This document shows, in pieces, positions 9,259 through 18,932 of a stretch of 64,000 nt of DNA. Position numbers and translations under genes: made by a program. Below the pieces are notes generated by a model. The model was not told where the DNA came from. It searched no databases and worked only from the letters and a program-made list of their open reading frames with translations. The DNA comes from Longimicrobiales bacterium (GTDB taxonomy: Bacteria; Gemmatimonadota; Gemmatimonadetes; Longimicrobiales; Gaopeijiaceae): NCBI GenBank assembly GCA_965116905.1, contig OZ220732.1, positions 1,440,001 to 1,504,000 of the forward strand. Direction: 5' to 3'. Numbering within the stretch: the first letter of the stretch is position 1; each line of letters starts with the position of its first letter.

Positions 9259-10677
9259 TTATCTCTGCTGGTGCCGCAGGAAGCCCTTTACAGCAACCCG
9301 GTTGTCGTCGGTGCTCACCGTGCCATCGACTTCGTAGACCCCCAGAACGGGAAGGATGGGGCCCGTGGCGTCCAGGGTGAGGTGATGGGCGCTCACGGAC
9401 TGGAACTCGCCGCGGAGGGTGCCATCCGAGGAACGGAAGCGCCAGAGCACCGGGATGTCGCGGCGCGCCCGCTCGAAGCTTCGGGTCTCGCTCCAGGTCA
9501 CGGAGACCGATGGCCAGAATCGCTCCTCTGCGCCCAGTCGAGCCCAGGCCCGGTACTCGTCGGATCCGTCCCCGTTCGAGAGGAGGATCTGCAGCTGGTC
9601 GTCGCCAAGGAGCAGGGCCCACTCACCCGACCCATCGGATGAACCGGCACGCGCCCCCGCGGCGTCCAAAACCCACCCGGACCTTTCCTCCCCTCCGAGG
9701 CGCGTGATTCCGTTCAGGAGCCGATACCGCCCCCCGCGCGAGTCGATCCACTCGACGACGGCGTCGCCGACCCTTACGGACACGTCGCGGATCCCGTCCT
9801 GGTAGTAGATCTCGCGCAGTACGTCATCCTGTTCCACGATCATGCGCGTAGGACCCCTGGGGATGATGCGCCACGGGGCGCGCCGGGTGGGCGCGGTGGC
9901 CCAGGCTTCTTCCGTGAGCATGATCCAGTGGGCGCCCCTTCCCACCCATCCCCGCATGGTGCGGTGGGTGCTGTCGGCAAGTTCGAGGTTTTCGAAGTCC
10001 CAGGACACGAAGACCGTGGTGTCCTGTTCGGTGTCGACGAACACGACGGTTCTATGGTAGGTGGTGGACACCTCGGCCTCGGGGGTCGCTTCGGCGGTGA
10101 CGGAGCCGGCCGACGGATCCTCCGCGCTGGTGGGGGCCGGGTCGGGTGAACCGCGGTCACAGGCCAGCGCCAGCGTGCACGCCGTCATGAGGACAACCGT
10201 CGGGGCGGTGTGGGGTCGGGCGGCCAGCACTTGCTCGGGACGTACCGCCAATGAGCGGTCCAGCTCGCGGAAGAATCGATCGATCCGGCGCTGGTTGATC
10301 GGCAGTCTTCCTTCGTCGGCCACGTTGCGGATGGACATGTCGACGCGCGTCTGCCCGTCCGCGTCCAGCTTGACCGAAATCAGCACGGTGGCTGCCAGTG
10401 GAATCGGCCAGCTGGTCACGTCGGCTGCAACGAGGCCGATCTGATCGTCCCACCGGGCGATCTTCCATCCCTTCAGTCCGCCACCGGCCAACGCGACAAT
10501 TGCATCCCAGACGGTGCCGAACGGGATCGCATAGGTGCGTCCCACGAGACCGGGATTGTCGGAATCGGCACTGGTCCGGACGTCCTGCCCCGCGAATCCC
10601 TTCCAGAATCTCACAGTTGTCCGATGTTCAAGTATTGCTCCGTGTGTGGCGGCAGGTGCCGAGGTGTCCCATGGCAA
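9259..10677 (-). CDS. Hypothetical protein: DUF1499-like N-terminal domain fused to a lipoprotein-like C-terminal region (start 10677 or 10614)
   Basis: N-terminal region resembles DUF1499 (TRVDM...NQRRIDRFF); internal hydrophobic segment with lipobox-like LALAC near 10190-10160. Confidence 0.6.
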   Translation of the reverse strand: MPWDTSAPAATHGAILEHRTTVRFWKGFAGQDVRTSADSDNPGLVGRTYAIPFGTVWDAIVALAGGGLKGWKIARWDDQIGLVAADVTSWPIPLAATVLISVKLDADGQTRVDMSIRNVADEGRLPINQRRIDRFFRELDRSLAVRPEQVLAARPHTAPTVVLMTACTLALACDRGSPDPAPTSAEDPSAGSVTAEATPEAEVSTTYHRTVVFVDTEQDTTVFVSWDFENLELADSTHRTMRGWVGRGAHWIMLTEEAWATAPTRRAPWRIIPRGPTRMIVEQDDVLREIYYQDGIRDVSVRVGDAVVEWIDSRGGRYRLLNGITRLGGEERSGWVLDAAGARAGSSDGSGEWALLLGDDQLQILLSNGDGSDEYRAWARLGAEERFWPSVSVTWSETRSFERARRDIPVLWRFRSSDGTLRGEFQSVSAHHLTLDATGPILPVLGVYEVDGTVSTDDNRVAVKGFLRHQQR

Positions 10678-10892
10678 AGCTGTTCAAGGGCGGCATATGA
10701 GGTCAACACCGGAGTGGTCCGAGGCGTCCGGCGAGGCTCTGCGGTTCGGTCGCCCCGGGGGCCCATGGTGCTGTGAATGTACGCGACCGCTGCGGGGAGC
10801 GCTTTCCTCCGGCGGACGTAAGCCGCAATCTTGATTGTGGTGTGAGGCGCGAGTGCCGGATCGGAAATCGCCCGGCATTGAACGGAGAGGGA

Positions 10893-12200
10893 ATGGACGA
10901 GAATCGGCTGATACACGACTGGAACGTTGAGGAGTTCGACACGCTGGCATGGGGGCGCCATGTCGAGTTGGACGACGAGACCCTGAGGGACGGGCTCCAG
11001 TCTCCGTCGGTCATCGATCCCCCGATCGGCGCCAAGATCCAGCTGATCCACATGATGCACGAGCTGGGCATCCACGCCGCGGATATCGGTCTCCCCGGCG
11101 CCGGTCCCCGGGCGGCGGGCGACGTGACGCGCCTGTGCGAGGAAATCCGGGACGCCCACCTGTCGATCGAGCCCAACTGCGCGGCCCGGACCATGCTGGC
11201 GGATGTGGAGCCGGTCGTCAGGATAGCGCACCGAACGGGCGTCCGCCTGGAGGTCTCGGCGTTCATCGGCAGTTCGCCCATACGGCGCTATGCGGAGGGG
11301 TGGACACTGGATCACATGCTGCGGACCGCCGAGGAGTCGGTCTCGTTCTGCGTGCGCGAAGGATTGCCCGTCATGTTCGTGACCGAGGACACGACCAGGG
11401 CGGACGCCGCCACCTTGCGGACGCTGTACGGGAACGCGATTGAGTGGGGCGTGAGGCGGATCTGCCTTTCGGACACGGTCGGCCACGCCACGCCCTCGGG
11501 CGTCCGGGCACTCATTCGCTTTGTGAGGCGCGAGATTATCGACGCGTCCGGCGTGCGCGTCAAGCTGGACTGGCACGGACATCGCGACCGGGGACTGGGG
11601 CTGGCAAACGCACTGGCTGCGATCGAGGCCGGTGCCGATCGGATCCACGCGACCGCGATGGGAATCGGCGAGCGAGTGGGCAACGTCGAGATGGATCTGC
11701 TGCTGGTCAACCTGGCGCTTGCGGGCGTCCACGATGCCAATCTGGCGAGACTTGCGGACTACTGCGAACTGGTTTCCCGCGAGTGCGGTGTCCCCCTGCC
11801 GCCGAACTACCCGGTACTGGGAGATGACGCTTTCCGCACGGCCACCGGGGTGCACGCGGCCGCGATCGTCAAGGCCAAGACCAAGGGCGCCAACTGGCTG
11901 GCGGACCGGGTCTACTCCGGCGTGCCCGCGTCGATGGTCGGCAGATCCCAGGAAATCGAGGTGGGGCCCATGTCGGGTATCTCGAACGTGAAGTACTGGC
12001 TGGCCCGCCGGGGCTTCGATCCGGGCGACGGCGATCTGTGTGCGCGGGTGCTGGAGCGCGCCAAGAGCGTCGACCATACGCTTACGGAGGCCGAGGTGCT
12101 GGAGATCGTTCGCGGGCCGTCCGTGGGGGCGCCCGACGTGGGAGCGTCCGATTTGGGGGCGCCCGATTTGGGAGCTTCCGACGGGGAACCGGGCGCCTGA
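10893..12200 (+). CDS. LeuA/homocitrate synthase family DRE-TIM metallolyase, without a C-terminal regulatory domain
   Basis: DETLRDGLQ, LSDTVG, HGHRDRG, GIGERVGN, TATGVHA; GGAGAGG RBS before ATG 10893. Confidence 0.85.
   Translation: MDENRLIHDWNVEEFDTLAWGRHVELDDETLRDGLQSPSVIDPPIGAKIQLIHMMHELGIHAADIGLPGAGPRAAGDVTRLCEEIRDAHLSIEPNCAARTMLADVEPVVRIAHRTGVRLEVSAFIGSSPIRRYAEGWTLDHMLRTAEESVSFCVREGLPVMFVTEDTTRADAATLRTLYGNAIEWGVRRICLSDTVGHATPSGVRALIRFVRREIIDASGVRVKLDWHGHRDRGLGLANALAAIEAGADRIHATAMGIGERVGNVEMDLLLVNLALAGVHDANLARLADYCELVSRECGVPLPPNYPVLGDDAFRTATGVHAAAIVKAKTKGANWLADRVYSGVPASMVGRSQEIEVGPMSGISNVKYWLARRGFDPGDGDLCARVLERAKSVDHTLTEAEVLEIVRGPSVGAPDVGASDLGAPDLGASDGEPGA
12126..12185 (+). repeat. In-frame 15-bp tandem repeat x4 (GAPDV/GASDL/GAPDL/GASDG) at the LeuA-like C-terminus
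   Basis: GGGGCGCCCGACGTG GGAGCGTCCGATTTG GGGGCGCCCGATTTG GGAGCTTCCGACGGG. Confidence 0.85.
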
Positions 12201-12213
12201 GCCGGGAGGCCTC

Positions 12214-12942
12214 GTGAGCGACGAGTCGGGAGTCCGGCCGCGGGTGCTCGTGATCGAGGACGACGCCGATATCGCGGCGTTGGTCGCCTACCAGTTGACG
12301 CGGGCCGGGTACCGAGTCGAGACCGCGGCGGACGGGACCGAGGGACTGGATGCACTCCACCGCGACATCCCCGACCTGGTCGTCCTGGACCGGATGCTGC
12401 CCGGCCTTTCGGGTGACGAGGTGCTGGGGGCGATTCGGCAGGAGCCGGCCACCCGTTCCGTGCCGGTCCTCGTGGTGAGTGCGAAGAGGGAGCAGTTCGA
12501 GCGAATCGAGGGTTTCGAACTGGGAGCGGACGACTATCTGACCAAACCGTTCAGTCCCCGTGAAATGGTCCTGCGGGTCGACGCCATACTCAGACGCGCC
12601 CGCGCGGACGCTTCGGCGTCGGGCCATGGGGGACGCGTGCTGAAGGCCGGGCCTCTCAGCGTCGACCTTGCTGCCATGCAGGTCACCCTGAACGGTGAGG
12701 AGGTGCCGGTCACCCCCACCGAGCTGCGCCTGCTCAAGACGCTCATGGAGCGCCGTGGACGCACTCAGGATCGCCACCAGCTTCTCGCGGAGGCGTGGAG
12801 CGCCGATCCCGATGTGATCCGGCGCATTCGCACCCGCACGGTGGACATGCACATTCGCCGTCTGCGCACCAAGCTCGGCGTCGCCGGAGAGTGGATCGAG
12901 ACCGTGCGCGGCTTCGGCTACCGGTTTCGAGGATCGGAATGA
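12214..12942 (+). CDS. phoB: OmpR-family response regulator PhoB
   Basis: REC domain (LVVLDRMLP, GADDYLTKPF) plus wHTH (RTVDMHIRRLR, ETVRGFGY); lies upstream of the pst genes. Confidence 0.88.
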   Translation: MSDESGVRPRVLVIEDDADIAALVAYQLTRAGYRVETAADGTEGLDALHRDIPDLVVLDRMLPGLSGDEVLGAIRQEPATRSVPVLVVSAKREQFERIEGFELGADDYLTKPFSPREMVLRVDAILRRARADASASGHGGRVLKAGPLSVDLAAMQVTLNGEEVPVTPTELRLLKTLMERRGRTQDRHQLLAEAWSADPDVIRRIRTRTVDMHIRRLRTKLGVAGEWIETVRGFGYRFRGSE

Positions 12943-12955
12943 TTCGAGGATCGGA

Positions 12956-14710
12956 ATGAGGGTCCCGCTTCGCCCGGCCGTCGCAGGTGTGGGGGCCGGG
13001 GTGGTGGTGATGATCGCGACCGTGGCATGGAGCGTCACGCGCGTGGTCGGGACGGGCGCGATGTACCGCGAGAGCCGGCAGCATCTCGAACCGGCGGTTC
13101 GGCTGGGCGCGGAGCAGTTGCGGGGGTCCCGGGACGTACCGCTGGACAGCGTCGCGAACGCGCTCGCGCTGGCCACCGGTTATCGGGTCAGTGTCTTCGA
13201 CGCGCAACTCGCGCTGATGGCCGATTCGGACCTCGGGCCCGCCCACGCGGACACGATTGCGGATCCCGCCCGCCGCCCGGAGGCAGCTGCCGCGCTGCTG
13301 AGGGTCGACGGCTTTGCGCAGCGGGTCAGCTCGCTTGATGGCCAGGCCTATCTGTTCAGCGCGACCCGGGTGTACTGGCGCGGCGAGAGCATCGTGATCC
13401 GCTTCGGTGCACCCGTCGCCCCCATCCGTGAGGCTGCGGCTAGGGCAGCGGTTTGGGTGGCGCTTGGCGTAACGGTCGCGGGACTGGTCATGCTCGTGCT
13501 TCTGCACCGGTTCGTGGGTGCGGGGGCGACTTCGGTCGACGACACCAGACTCCTTCTCCAGCGATTGGGCGCAGGGCAGTTCTCCGGGCCGCGCGTCAAG
13601 CTCTCGAGGATTGCGGAGCTGGCCCGGCTTGCTTCGGCCGCCAACCGGGTTCGTGGTGAAATGGAAGAGCAGGTCAACCGCGTGACGCGTGAGCGGGACG
13701 AACTGGCACAGCTCATGGACGAGGTAGCCGAGGGCCTGATCGCCCTTACGGACGACGCCCGGATCCTGAGGATCAATCCCGCCGCGATGCAGTTGCTCGG
13801 ACTGGCGGATGTGCTGCCGTTTTCGCCGATCGGGGCCGTGGTCAGGGACCCGGAACTCCGGGACGTGCTGGAGAGTTCGGTGGTCCGGCCGGAGGCGCGA
13901 CTGGAACTTGCAGTGGGAGACCGGGAACTGGAGGTTCGGACCCGGCGGGGTACGGAGGGAGGGTCCGTGGTTCTTCTGGTGGACATTACGGAGATCCGCC
14001 GTCTCGAGGCGGTACGTTCCGATTTCGTGGCCAATGCTTCACACGAATTGAAGACGCCGTTGACCGTTGTCCGGGCTGCGGCGGAGACCGTGCTCGACGA
14101 GGGGCTGCCCGGGGGGCTGCGACAACAGTTCCTGCGTTCCATCGAGAGCAACACGGTCCGGCTGCAGCGGCTCGTGGACGACCTTCTGGATCTGTCGCGG
14201 TACGAATCCGGCGCCTGGCGACCCGACCGACAGCCCTTCAGCGCCGAGCGCGTTGCCTGGTCGGCGTGGGAGGAGCTTGAATCGAAGCGTGCCGGGGGCG
14301 ATGTCGGTTTCCGGGTGGAGGGCGGCGGCGAGGGATTGGGCGACGAGGCCGCCGTCTACCAGATCTTCCGCAACCTTTTCGAGAACGCGCTGCGGTACGT
14401 CCCGGAAAAGGAGGGGCAGGTCGTTGTGGACATCCGTGCGGCAGGCGACACCCTGACCATATCGGTTCGGGACAACGGAACCGGTATTCCGGCAGCGTCG
14501 TTGCCCAGGATCTTCGAACGATTCTACCGGGTGGACGCGGCCCGCTCCAGGGAGGAGGGAGGGACGGGACTGGGGCTGGCCATTGTGCGGCACCTGGTTT
14601 CGAGCATGGGCGGCACTGTCGCTGCCGAGAGCACCTGGGGTTCAGGTACGACGATCACGTTCACCGTTCCCCTGCACGGCGCGGTCCCCGCCCAGGTGGC
14701 GTTGGCATGA
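12956..14710 (+). CDS. phoR: Phosphate regulon sensor histidine kinase PhoR
   Basis: Two TMs, HAMP/PAS-like region, DFVANASHELKTPL, RIFERFYRVDAARSR, GGTGLGLAIV. Confidence 0.88.
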   Translation: MRVPLRPAVAGVGAGVVVMIATVAWSVTRVVGTGAMYRESRQHLEPAVRLGAEQLRGSRDVPLDSVANALALATGYRVSVFDAQLALMADSDLGPAHADTIADPARRPEAAAALLRVDGFAQRVSSLDGQAYLFSATRVYWRGESIVIRFGAPVAPIREAAARAAVWVALGVTVAGLVMLVLLHRFVGAGATSVDDTRLLLQRLGAGQFSGPRVKLSRIAELARLASAANRVRGEMEEQVNRVTRERDELAQLMDEVAEGLIALTDDARILRINPAAMQLLGLADVLPFSPIGAVVRDPELRDVLESSVVRPEARLELAVGDRELEVRTRRGTEGGSVVLLVDITEIRRLEAVRSDFVANASHELKTPLTVVRAAAETVLDEGLPGGLRQQFLRSIESNTVRLQRLVDDLLDLSRYESGAWRPDRQPFSAERVAWSAWEELESKRAGGDVGFRVEGGGEGLGDEAAVYQIFRNLFENALRYVPEKEGQVVVDIRAAGDTLTISVRDNGTGIPAASLPRIFERFYRVDAARSREEGGTGLGLAIVRHLVSSMGGTVAAESTWGSGTTITFTVPLHGAVPAQVALA

Positions 14711-15717
14711 CGGTACTGTTCGTCCGCGTCGGCCGGCGCGTCACCGGGTTGATCGTTGCCGTTCTGCTGTGCGGATGCGCGCCCGACGGGGGGCGGATCG
14801 TCGTGGTCGACGGCTCCAGCAGCCTCTACCCGCTTGCCGAAGCGGTCTCCGAGAGGTTTGCCCGCGAGCACACGTCGGCACGGATCGTCATCCGTGTTTC
14901 GGGTTCGGGCGGGGGACTGCGGCGATTCTGCGAGGACGAGGCCGACATCGCCGGTACCTCCCGGCTGATGACCGCCGCCGAAACGGCCCGCTGTCGCGCG
15001 GCGGGGGTCCGCTTCCTGGCCCTTCCCGTTGCCCGCGACGGCGTGGTCATGGTGACCAACCCGGCGCACGAGGCGGTAGCGTGCCTGACGCTCTCCGAGC
15101 TCGACCGGATCTGGGGGCCGGACGCCTCCGTAGTGACGTGGCGGGATCTCAGGCCCGCGCTTCCTGCGGAAAGGGTTCGCCTCTTCGGGCCGGGCCCGGA
15201 CTCGGGAACGTTTCGCTTCTTCACGCGGGTGGTCGTGGGCCGGCCCGAAGCCAGCCGCATGGACTACCACCCGACCGAGGACGACCACCTGATCGCCCGG
15301 GGGGTCGCCGGGGACCGCTGGGCGCTCGGGTACTTCGGGTCCGCGAACCATGCGGCCCACGCGGACCGATTGCGGCTGCTCGCGGTCGACACGGGGTTCG
15401 GGTGTGTGTTGCCGACGCCGGCTGCGATCCGCGACGGCCGCTACAGCCCGCTCTCCAGAGATCTATACATCTACGTCAAGCGCGTGCTGCTGGCCGACGA
15501 CGATGTCTACAACTTCGTCGAGCACTTTGTCTCGGCCAGCGAGTCGCTCGCGGACGACACGGGTTACGCGCCCCTTCCCGCGGCCGAATACGCGCGCAAC
15601 CGGGCACTGTTGGACGAGGCGCGCGGCGAGGCGCTGGCACGGTCGGTGCGAACGCCGTACGATCCCCGCGTGCTCGTGGAGGGTACCCGACGGGTGCCGA
15701 GGCCGAGTCCGTCATGA
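14707..15717 (+). CDS. pstS: Phosphate ABC transporter substrate-binding lipoprotein PstS (divergent)
   Basis: Lipobox LCGC, DGSSSLYP, GPGPDSGTF, GYFG, YSPLSRDLYIYV. Confidence 0.85.
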   Translation: MTVLFVRVGRRVTGLIVAVLLCGCAPDGGRIVVVDGSSSLYPLAEAVSERFAREHTSARIVIRVSGSGGGLRRFCEDEADIAGTSRLMTAAETARCRAAGVRFLALPVARDGVVMVTNPAHEAVACLTLSELDRIWGPDASVVTWRDLRPALPAERVRLFGPGPDSGTFRFFTRVVVGRPEASRMDYHPTEDDHLIARGVAGDRWALGYFGSANHAAHADRLRLLAVDTGFGCVLPTPAAIRDGRYSPLSRDLYIYVKRVLLADDDVYNFVEHFVSASESLADDTGYAPLPAAEYARNRALLDEARGEALARSVRTPYDPRVLVEGTRRVPRPSPS

Positions 15718-16631
15718 CACGACGCGGTGTGTCCGGTGCGGGGACAGCGTCGCGCGCGGCCGGCGAGCGTCTGGTGGCGCATGTCCTTCTGGCCTGCACG
15801 GTGGTGGCCGTGGTCATCCTCGGCGCCGTGCTGACGGTGCTCCTGCGCGAGGCCGGCCTGTTCTTCGCCGCAGTCTCGCCGTGGCGGTTCTTCACGGAGA
15901 TCACGTGGGCGCCCGCTGCGGCGGAGCCCGGGTTCGGCGTGTTGCCGCTCCTCGTGGGAACCATCCAGATCGCTGTCGGCGCTGCGGTGTTCGCGTTGCC
16001 CGTCGGACTGATGACCGCGGTGTACCTGCACCAGTACGCGGGCGGCCGCACAGTCCGCCTGCTGAGCGGTGTCACAGCAGTGATGGCGGGTGTTCCGACC
16101 GTTGTGTATGGCCTGTTCGCGCTCAACTTCGTGACCCCGGCCCTCCAGGTCCTGTGGCCCGGGGTCGAGGCGTTCAACGCGTTGTCCGCCTGCATCGTGG
16201 TGGGGCTGATGATCCTGCCCACGGTGGCGGTGCTGTCGCGCGAAGCACTGGACTCGGTGCCGGCCCCGCTCCTGGACGCGGGATTGGCGCTGGGTGCCCC
16301 GAAGGGACGGGTGGTGACCCGGATCCTTCTGCCCGCCGCTTCGGGGGGCATCCTCGCGGCCGTACTGATCGCCGTGGCCCGGGCCGTCGGCGAGACGATG
16401 ATCGTCAGCCTTGCCGCGGGGAACGAGGCCCGATTGACGTGGAGCCCATTCGAGGGACTTCAGACGCTGACAGCCTTTCTAACCCAGCTCGGCGTAGGTG
16501 ATGCGGCGACCGGAACCGGTGAGTATCGGGCGTTTTTCGCCGTCGGGGCGGTTCTGTTCGCCGGCACGTACGGGATTCACGCGGCCGGCAGAATGCTCCT
16601 GTCCCGCGGTGCGCGGAGGCTGGCTCGATGA
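15714..16631 (+). CDS. pstC: Phosphate ABC transporter permease PstC
   Basis: FGVLPLLVGT, AGVPTVVYG, ARAVGETMIV; ATG 15714 overlaps the pstS stop. Confidence 0.9.
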   Translation: MTRRGVSGAGTASRAAGERLVAHVLLACTVVAVVILGAVLTVLLREAGLFFAAVSPWRFFTEITWAPAAAEPGFGVLPLLVGTIQIAVGAAVFALPVGLMTAVYLHQYAGGRTVRLLSGVTAVMAGVPTVVYGLFALNFVTPALQVLWPGVEAFNALSACIVVGLMILPTVAVLSREALDSVPAPLLDAGLALGAPKGRVVTRILLPAASGGILAAVLIAVARAVGETMIVSLAAGNEARLTWSPFEGLQTLTAFLTQLGVGDAATGTGEYRAFFAVGAVLFAGTYGIHAAGRMLLSRGARRLAR

Positions 16632-17473
16632 GTCGCCCGTTCTCACGACGCGATTCGGTCGGCGCAGCCTGCGGCGTTGCCGCACTCGTCCTGTTGCTCG
16701 GCTTTCTGGTATTCGCCGCGTACCTGGGGTTCACCGCTTCGCAGGTCATCGGCATCGACTTCCTGCGCGAGACACCTTCCGGTGCGGCGAACAGCGCGGG
16801 CATCGGACCGGCGCTGGCGGGAACGCTCTGGCTCCTGCTTCTGACCGCCGTGCTTGCATTGCCCATCGGGATCGGCACGGCGATCTACCTGGAAGAATAC
16901 GCCCCGCGCACACGCTTGACCGTGTTCATCGAGTCGGCCGTGGCCAATCTCGCCGGGATTCCAGCGGTGGTCTACGGAATCGCGGGATTGGCGCTGTTCG
17001 TTCGCGCGCTTGGGATGGGACCGACGATCCTCGCTGGCGGCTGCACGCTCGCGGTGCTGGCGCTGCCGGTGGTCATCGTGACTTCCAGGACCGCCATTCG
17101 CCAGGTTCCGGAGGGTCTGCGGCTGGCCGCGTACGGGCTTGGCGCCACACGCTGGCAAGTCGTTCGCGACCAGATCCTCCCGGCGGCCGGTCCCGGCATC
17201 CTGGCGGGCTGCTGCACGGCATTCACGCGGACGGTTGGGGCGGCCGCGCCACTTCTGGTCATAGGGACCGCTTCGTTCGTGAGCTTCGCCCCGCAGACAC
17301 CCGCGCATCCGCTGGTCTCGCTGCCGACGCAGATCTTCTCGTGGGCGACCCGCTCGCAGGAGGATTTCACCGCGGTGGCAGCCGGTGCGGCGGTCGTGCT
17401 GCTTCTGTTGCTGCTCACCATGAATCTCGTCAGCGCGTCACTCGTGCGGCGGTTGGGCGCGGCCTCCCGATGA
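16628..17473 (+). CDS. pstA: Phosphate ABC transporter permease PstA
   Basis: AGIGPALAGT, AIYLEEYA, NLAGIPAVVYG, LGATRWQVV, LPTQIFSW. Confidence 0.9.
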   Translation: MSRPFSRRDSVGAACGVAALVLLLGFLVFAAYLGFTASQVIGIDFLRETPSGAANSAGIGPALAGTLWLLLLTAVLALPIGIGTAIYLEEYAPRTRLTVFIESAVANLAGIPAVVYGIAGLALFVRALGMGPTILAGGCTLAVLALPVVIVTSRTAIRQVPEGLRLAAYGLGATRWQVVRDQILPAAGPGILAGCCTAFTRTVGAAAPLLVIGTASFVSFAPQTPAHPLVSLPTQIFSWATRSQEDFTAVAAGAAVVLLLLLLTMNLVSASLVRRLGAASR

Positions 17474-18243
17474 GCGGCCCGTCCGCCCCGACGGATGCGC
17501 CGGTGCTGACAGCCGAACGGCTCAGCGTGCGGTTCGGCCGGAATATCGCGCTCCGCGACGTGTCCCTGGCCATCCCGCGGGGGCGGATCGTCTCGATCAT
17601 GGGCCCGTCGGGATGTGGCAAGACGACGCTGCTGCGCTGCTTCAACCGCATGAACGAGCTCGTATCAGGGGCCGAGACCAGCGGAACGGTCCGCTTCGAC
17701 GAAATGGATCTGTACGGCCCCGATGTCGATCCTGTAGAGGTGCGGCGCCGCATCGGAATGGTCTTCCAGGAGACCACGCCCTTCCCGAAGTCGGTCTTCG
17801 ACAACATCGCATTCGGTCCTCGCGCGAGCGGTTTCACGGGGGACCTTCAAGGTCTGGTGGAGGAGGTACTCACGGCCGTGGGCCTGTGGTCGGAGGTTGC
17901 CGACGACCTGGACACGCCCGCCCTGGAGCTGTCGGCGGGACAGAAGCAGCGGCTCTGCATTGCCCGCGTGCTGGCGCTCAAGCCCGATGTCCTGCTGCTG
18001 GACGAGCCCACCTCGGCGCTCGACCCCGAGGCCACGGCGCGCATCGAGTCGATCATCCGCGCGCTCAGTCCCCAATACACGATCGTGATCGCCACCTACA
18101 ACCGCTGGCAGGCGGCCCGGCTGTCGGATCTCACGGCGTTTCTGGACCGTGGCGAGTTGCTGGAGTATGGTCTCACCGAGATCCTGTTCACCAACCCGCG
18201 CGAGGCGCGCACGGAGTCCTACCTGACCGGGCGAACCCAATGA
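17470..18243 (+). CDS. pstB: Phosphate ABC transporter ATP-binding protein PstB (non-canonical H-loop)
   Basis: GPSGCGKTT, FNRMNEL, DPVEVRRRIGMVFQ, LSAGQ, LLDEPTSALDP. Confidence 0.9.
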   Translation: MSGPSAPTDAPVLTAERLSVRFGRNIALRDVSLAIPRGRIVSIMGPSGCGKTTLLRCFNRMNELVSGAETSGTVRFDEMDLYGPDVDPVEVRRRIGMVFQETTPFPKSVFDNIAFGPRASGFTGDLQGLVEEVLTAVGLWSEVADDLDTPALELSAGQKQRLCIARVLALKPDVLLLDEPTSALDPEATARIESIIRALSPQYTIVIATYNRWQAARLSDLTAFLDRGELLEYGLTEILFTNPREARTESYLTGRTQ

Positions 18244-18932
18244 CGGAACTGCATCGCCCCCGAGGCTCCTTCGATACCGAGCTCAACCGTCTGCAGCAGA
18301 TGTTGCTGGACATGGCGGGCCGCGCGGAGGAACTCGTGCGCATGGCCATGGAGGGGCTGACCGATCGGGACCCCCTGGTTCCCCTGAGGGTTCGCCGCGC
18401 CGACGATCGTCTCAACGCCCTGGAGATCGAGCTCGACGAGCGCGTGCTGGAGCTGCTCGCGCTGCAGCAGCCGATTGCGGGCGACCTGCGGCTGGTCCTG
18501 GTGGCGCTGAAGGCGTCGAACGACATCGAACGGATCGGCGACCACGCCGTGAACATCGCCAATGCCTGCGAGCGCATGACACGGTATCCTCCGATGCCCG
18601 ACATCCTCGAAGTGGCCGAGATCAGCGGCCAGGTCCGGCAAATGATGCGCAAGGCGCTGGACGCAATGGTCAACCGCGACGCCGAGACGGCCAGGGAGGT
18701 CATTGCGGAGGATGACCGCGTGGACGACCTGCGCTGGTCCGCTTTCCGGATCATCGTCTCGTACATGCTCGAACAGCCCCGCTACATCGGCCCCGGGCTC
18801 GAGTTGATCCTTGTGGTTCAGAACCTGGAGAGGATCGGCGATCTGACGACGAACATCGCCGAGGACGTGGTCTTCCTGGTCGAGGGGACATCGATCAAGC
18901 ACGCAGCCAGCAAGGCGGTGGGCCCGGCATGA
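18240..18932 (+). CDS. phoU: Phosphate signalling protein PhoU
   Basis: LALQQPIAGDLR, DIERIGDHA, LERIGDLTTNIAE. Confidence 0.93.
   Translation: MTELHRPRGSFDTELNRLQQMLLDMAGRAEELVRMAMEGLTDRDPLVPLRVRRADDRLNALEIELDERVLELLALQQPIAGDLRLVLVALKASNDIERIGDHAVNIANACERMTRYPPMPDILEVAEISGQVRQMMRKALDAMVNRDAETAREVIAEDDRVDDLRWSAFRIIVSYMLEQPRYIGPGLELILVVQNLERIGDLTTNIAEDVVFLVEGTSIKHAASKAVGPA

Noticed and set aside
10680..10892. Possible leucine attenuator or riboswitch upstream of the LeuA-like gene
   Set aside because: A GC stem (TGCCGG...CCGGCA) precedes the RBS, but I found no Leu-rich leader peptide, U-tract or recognisable riboswitch motif.
12197..12217. Possible bridge ORF between the LeuA-like gene and phoB (CTG start, 17-bp offset)
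   Set aside because: The frame fits the relay rule, but CTG is a poor start codon and phoB has its own GGAGG RBS, so it was not counted.
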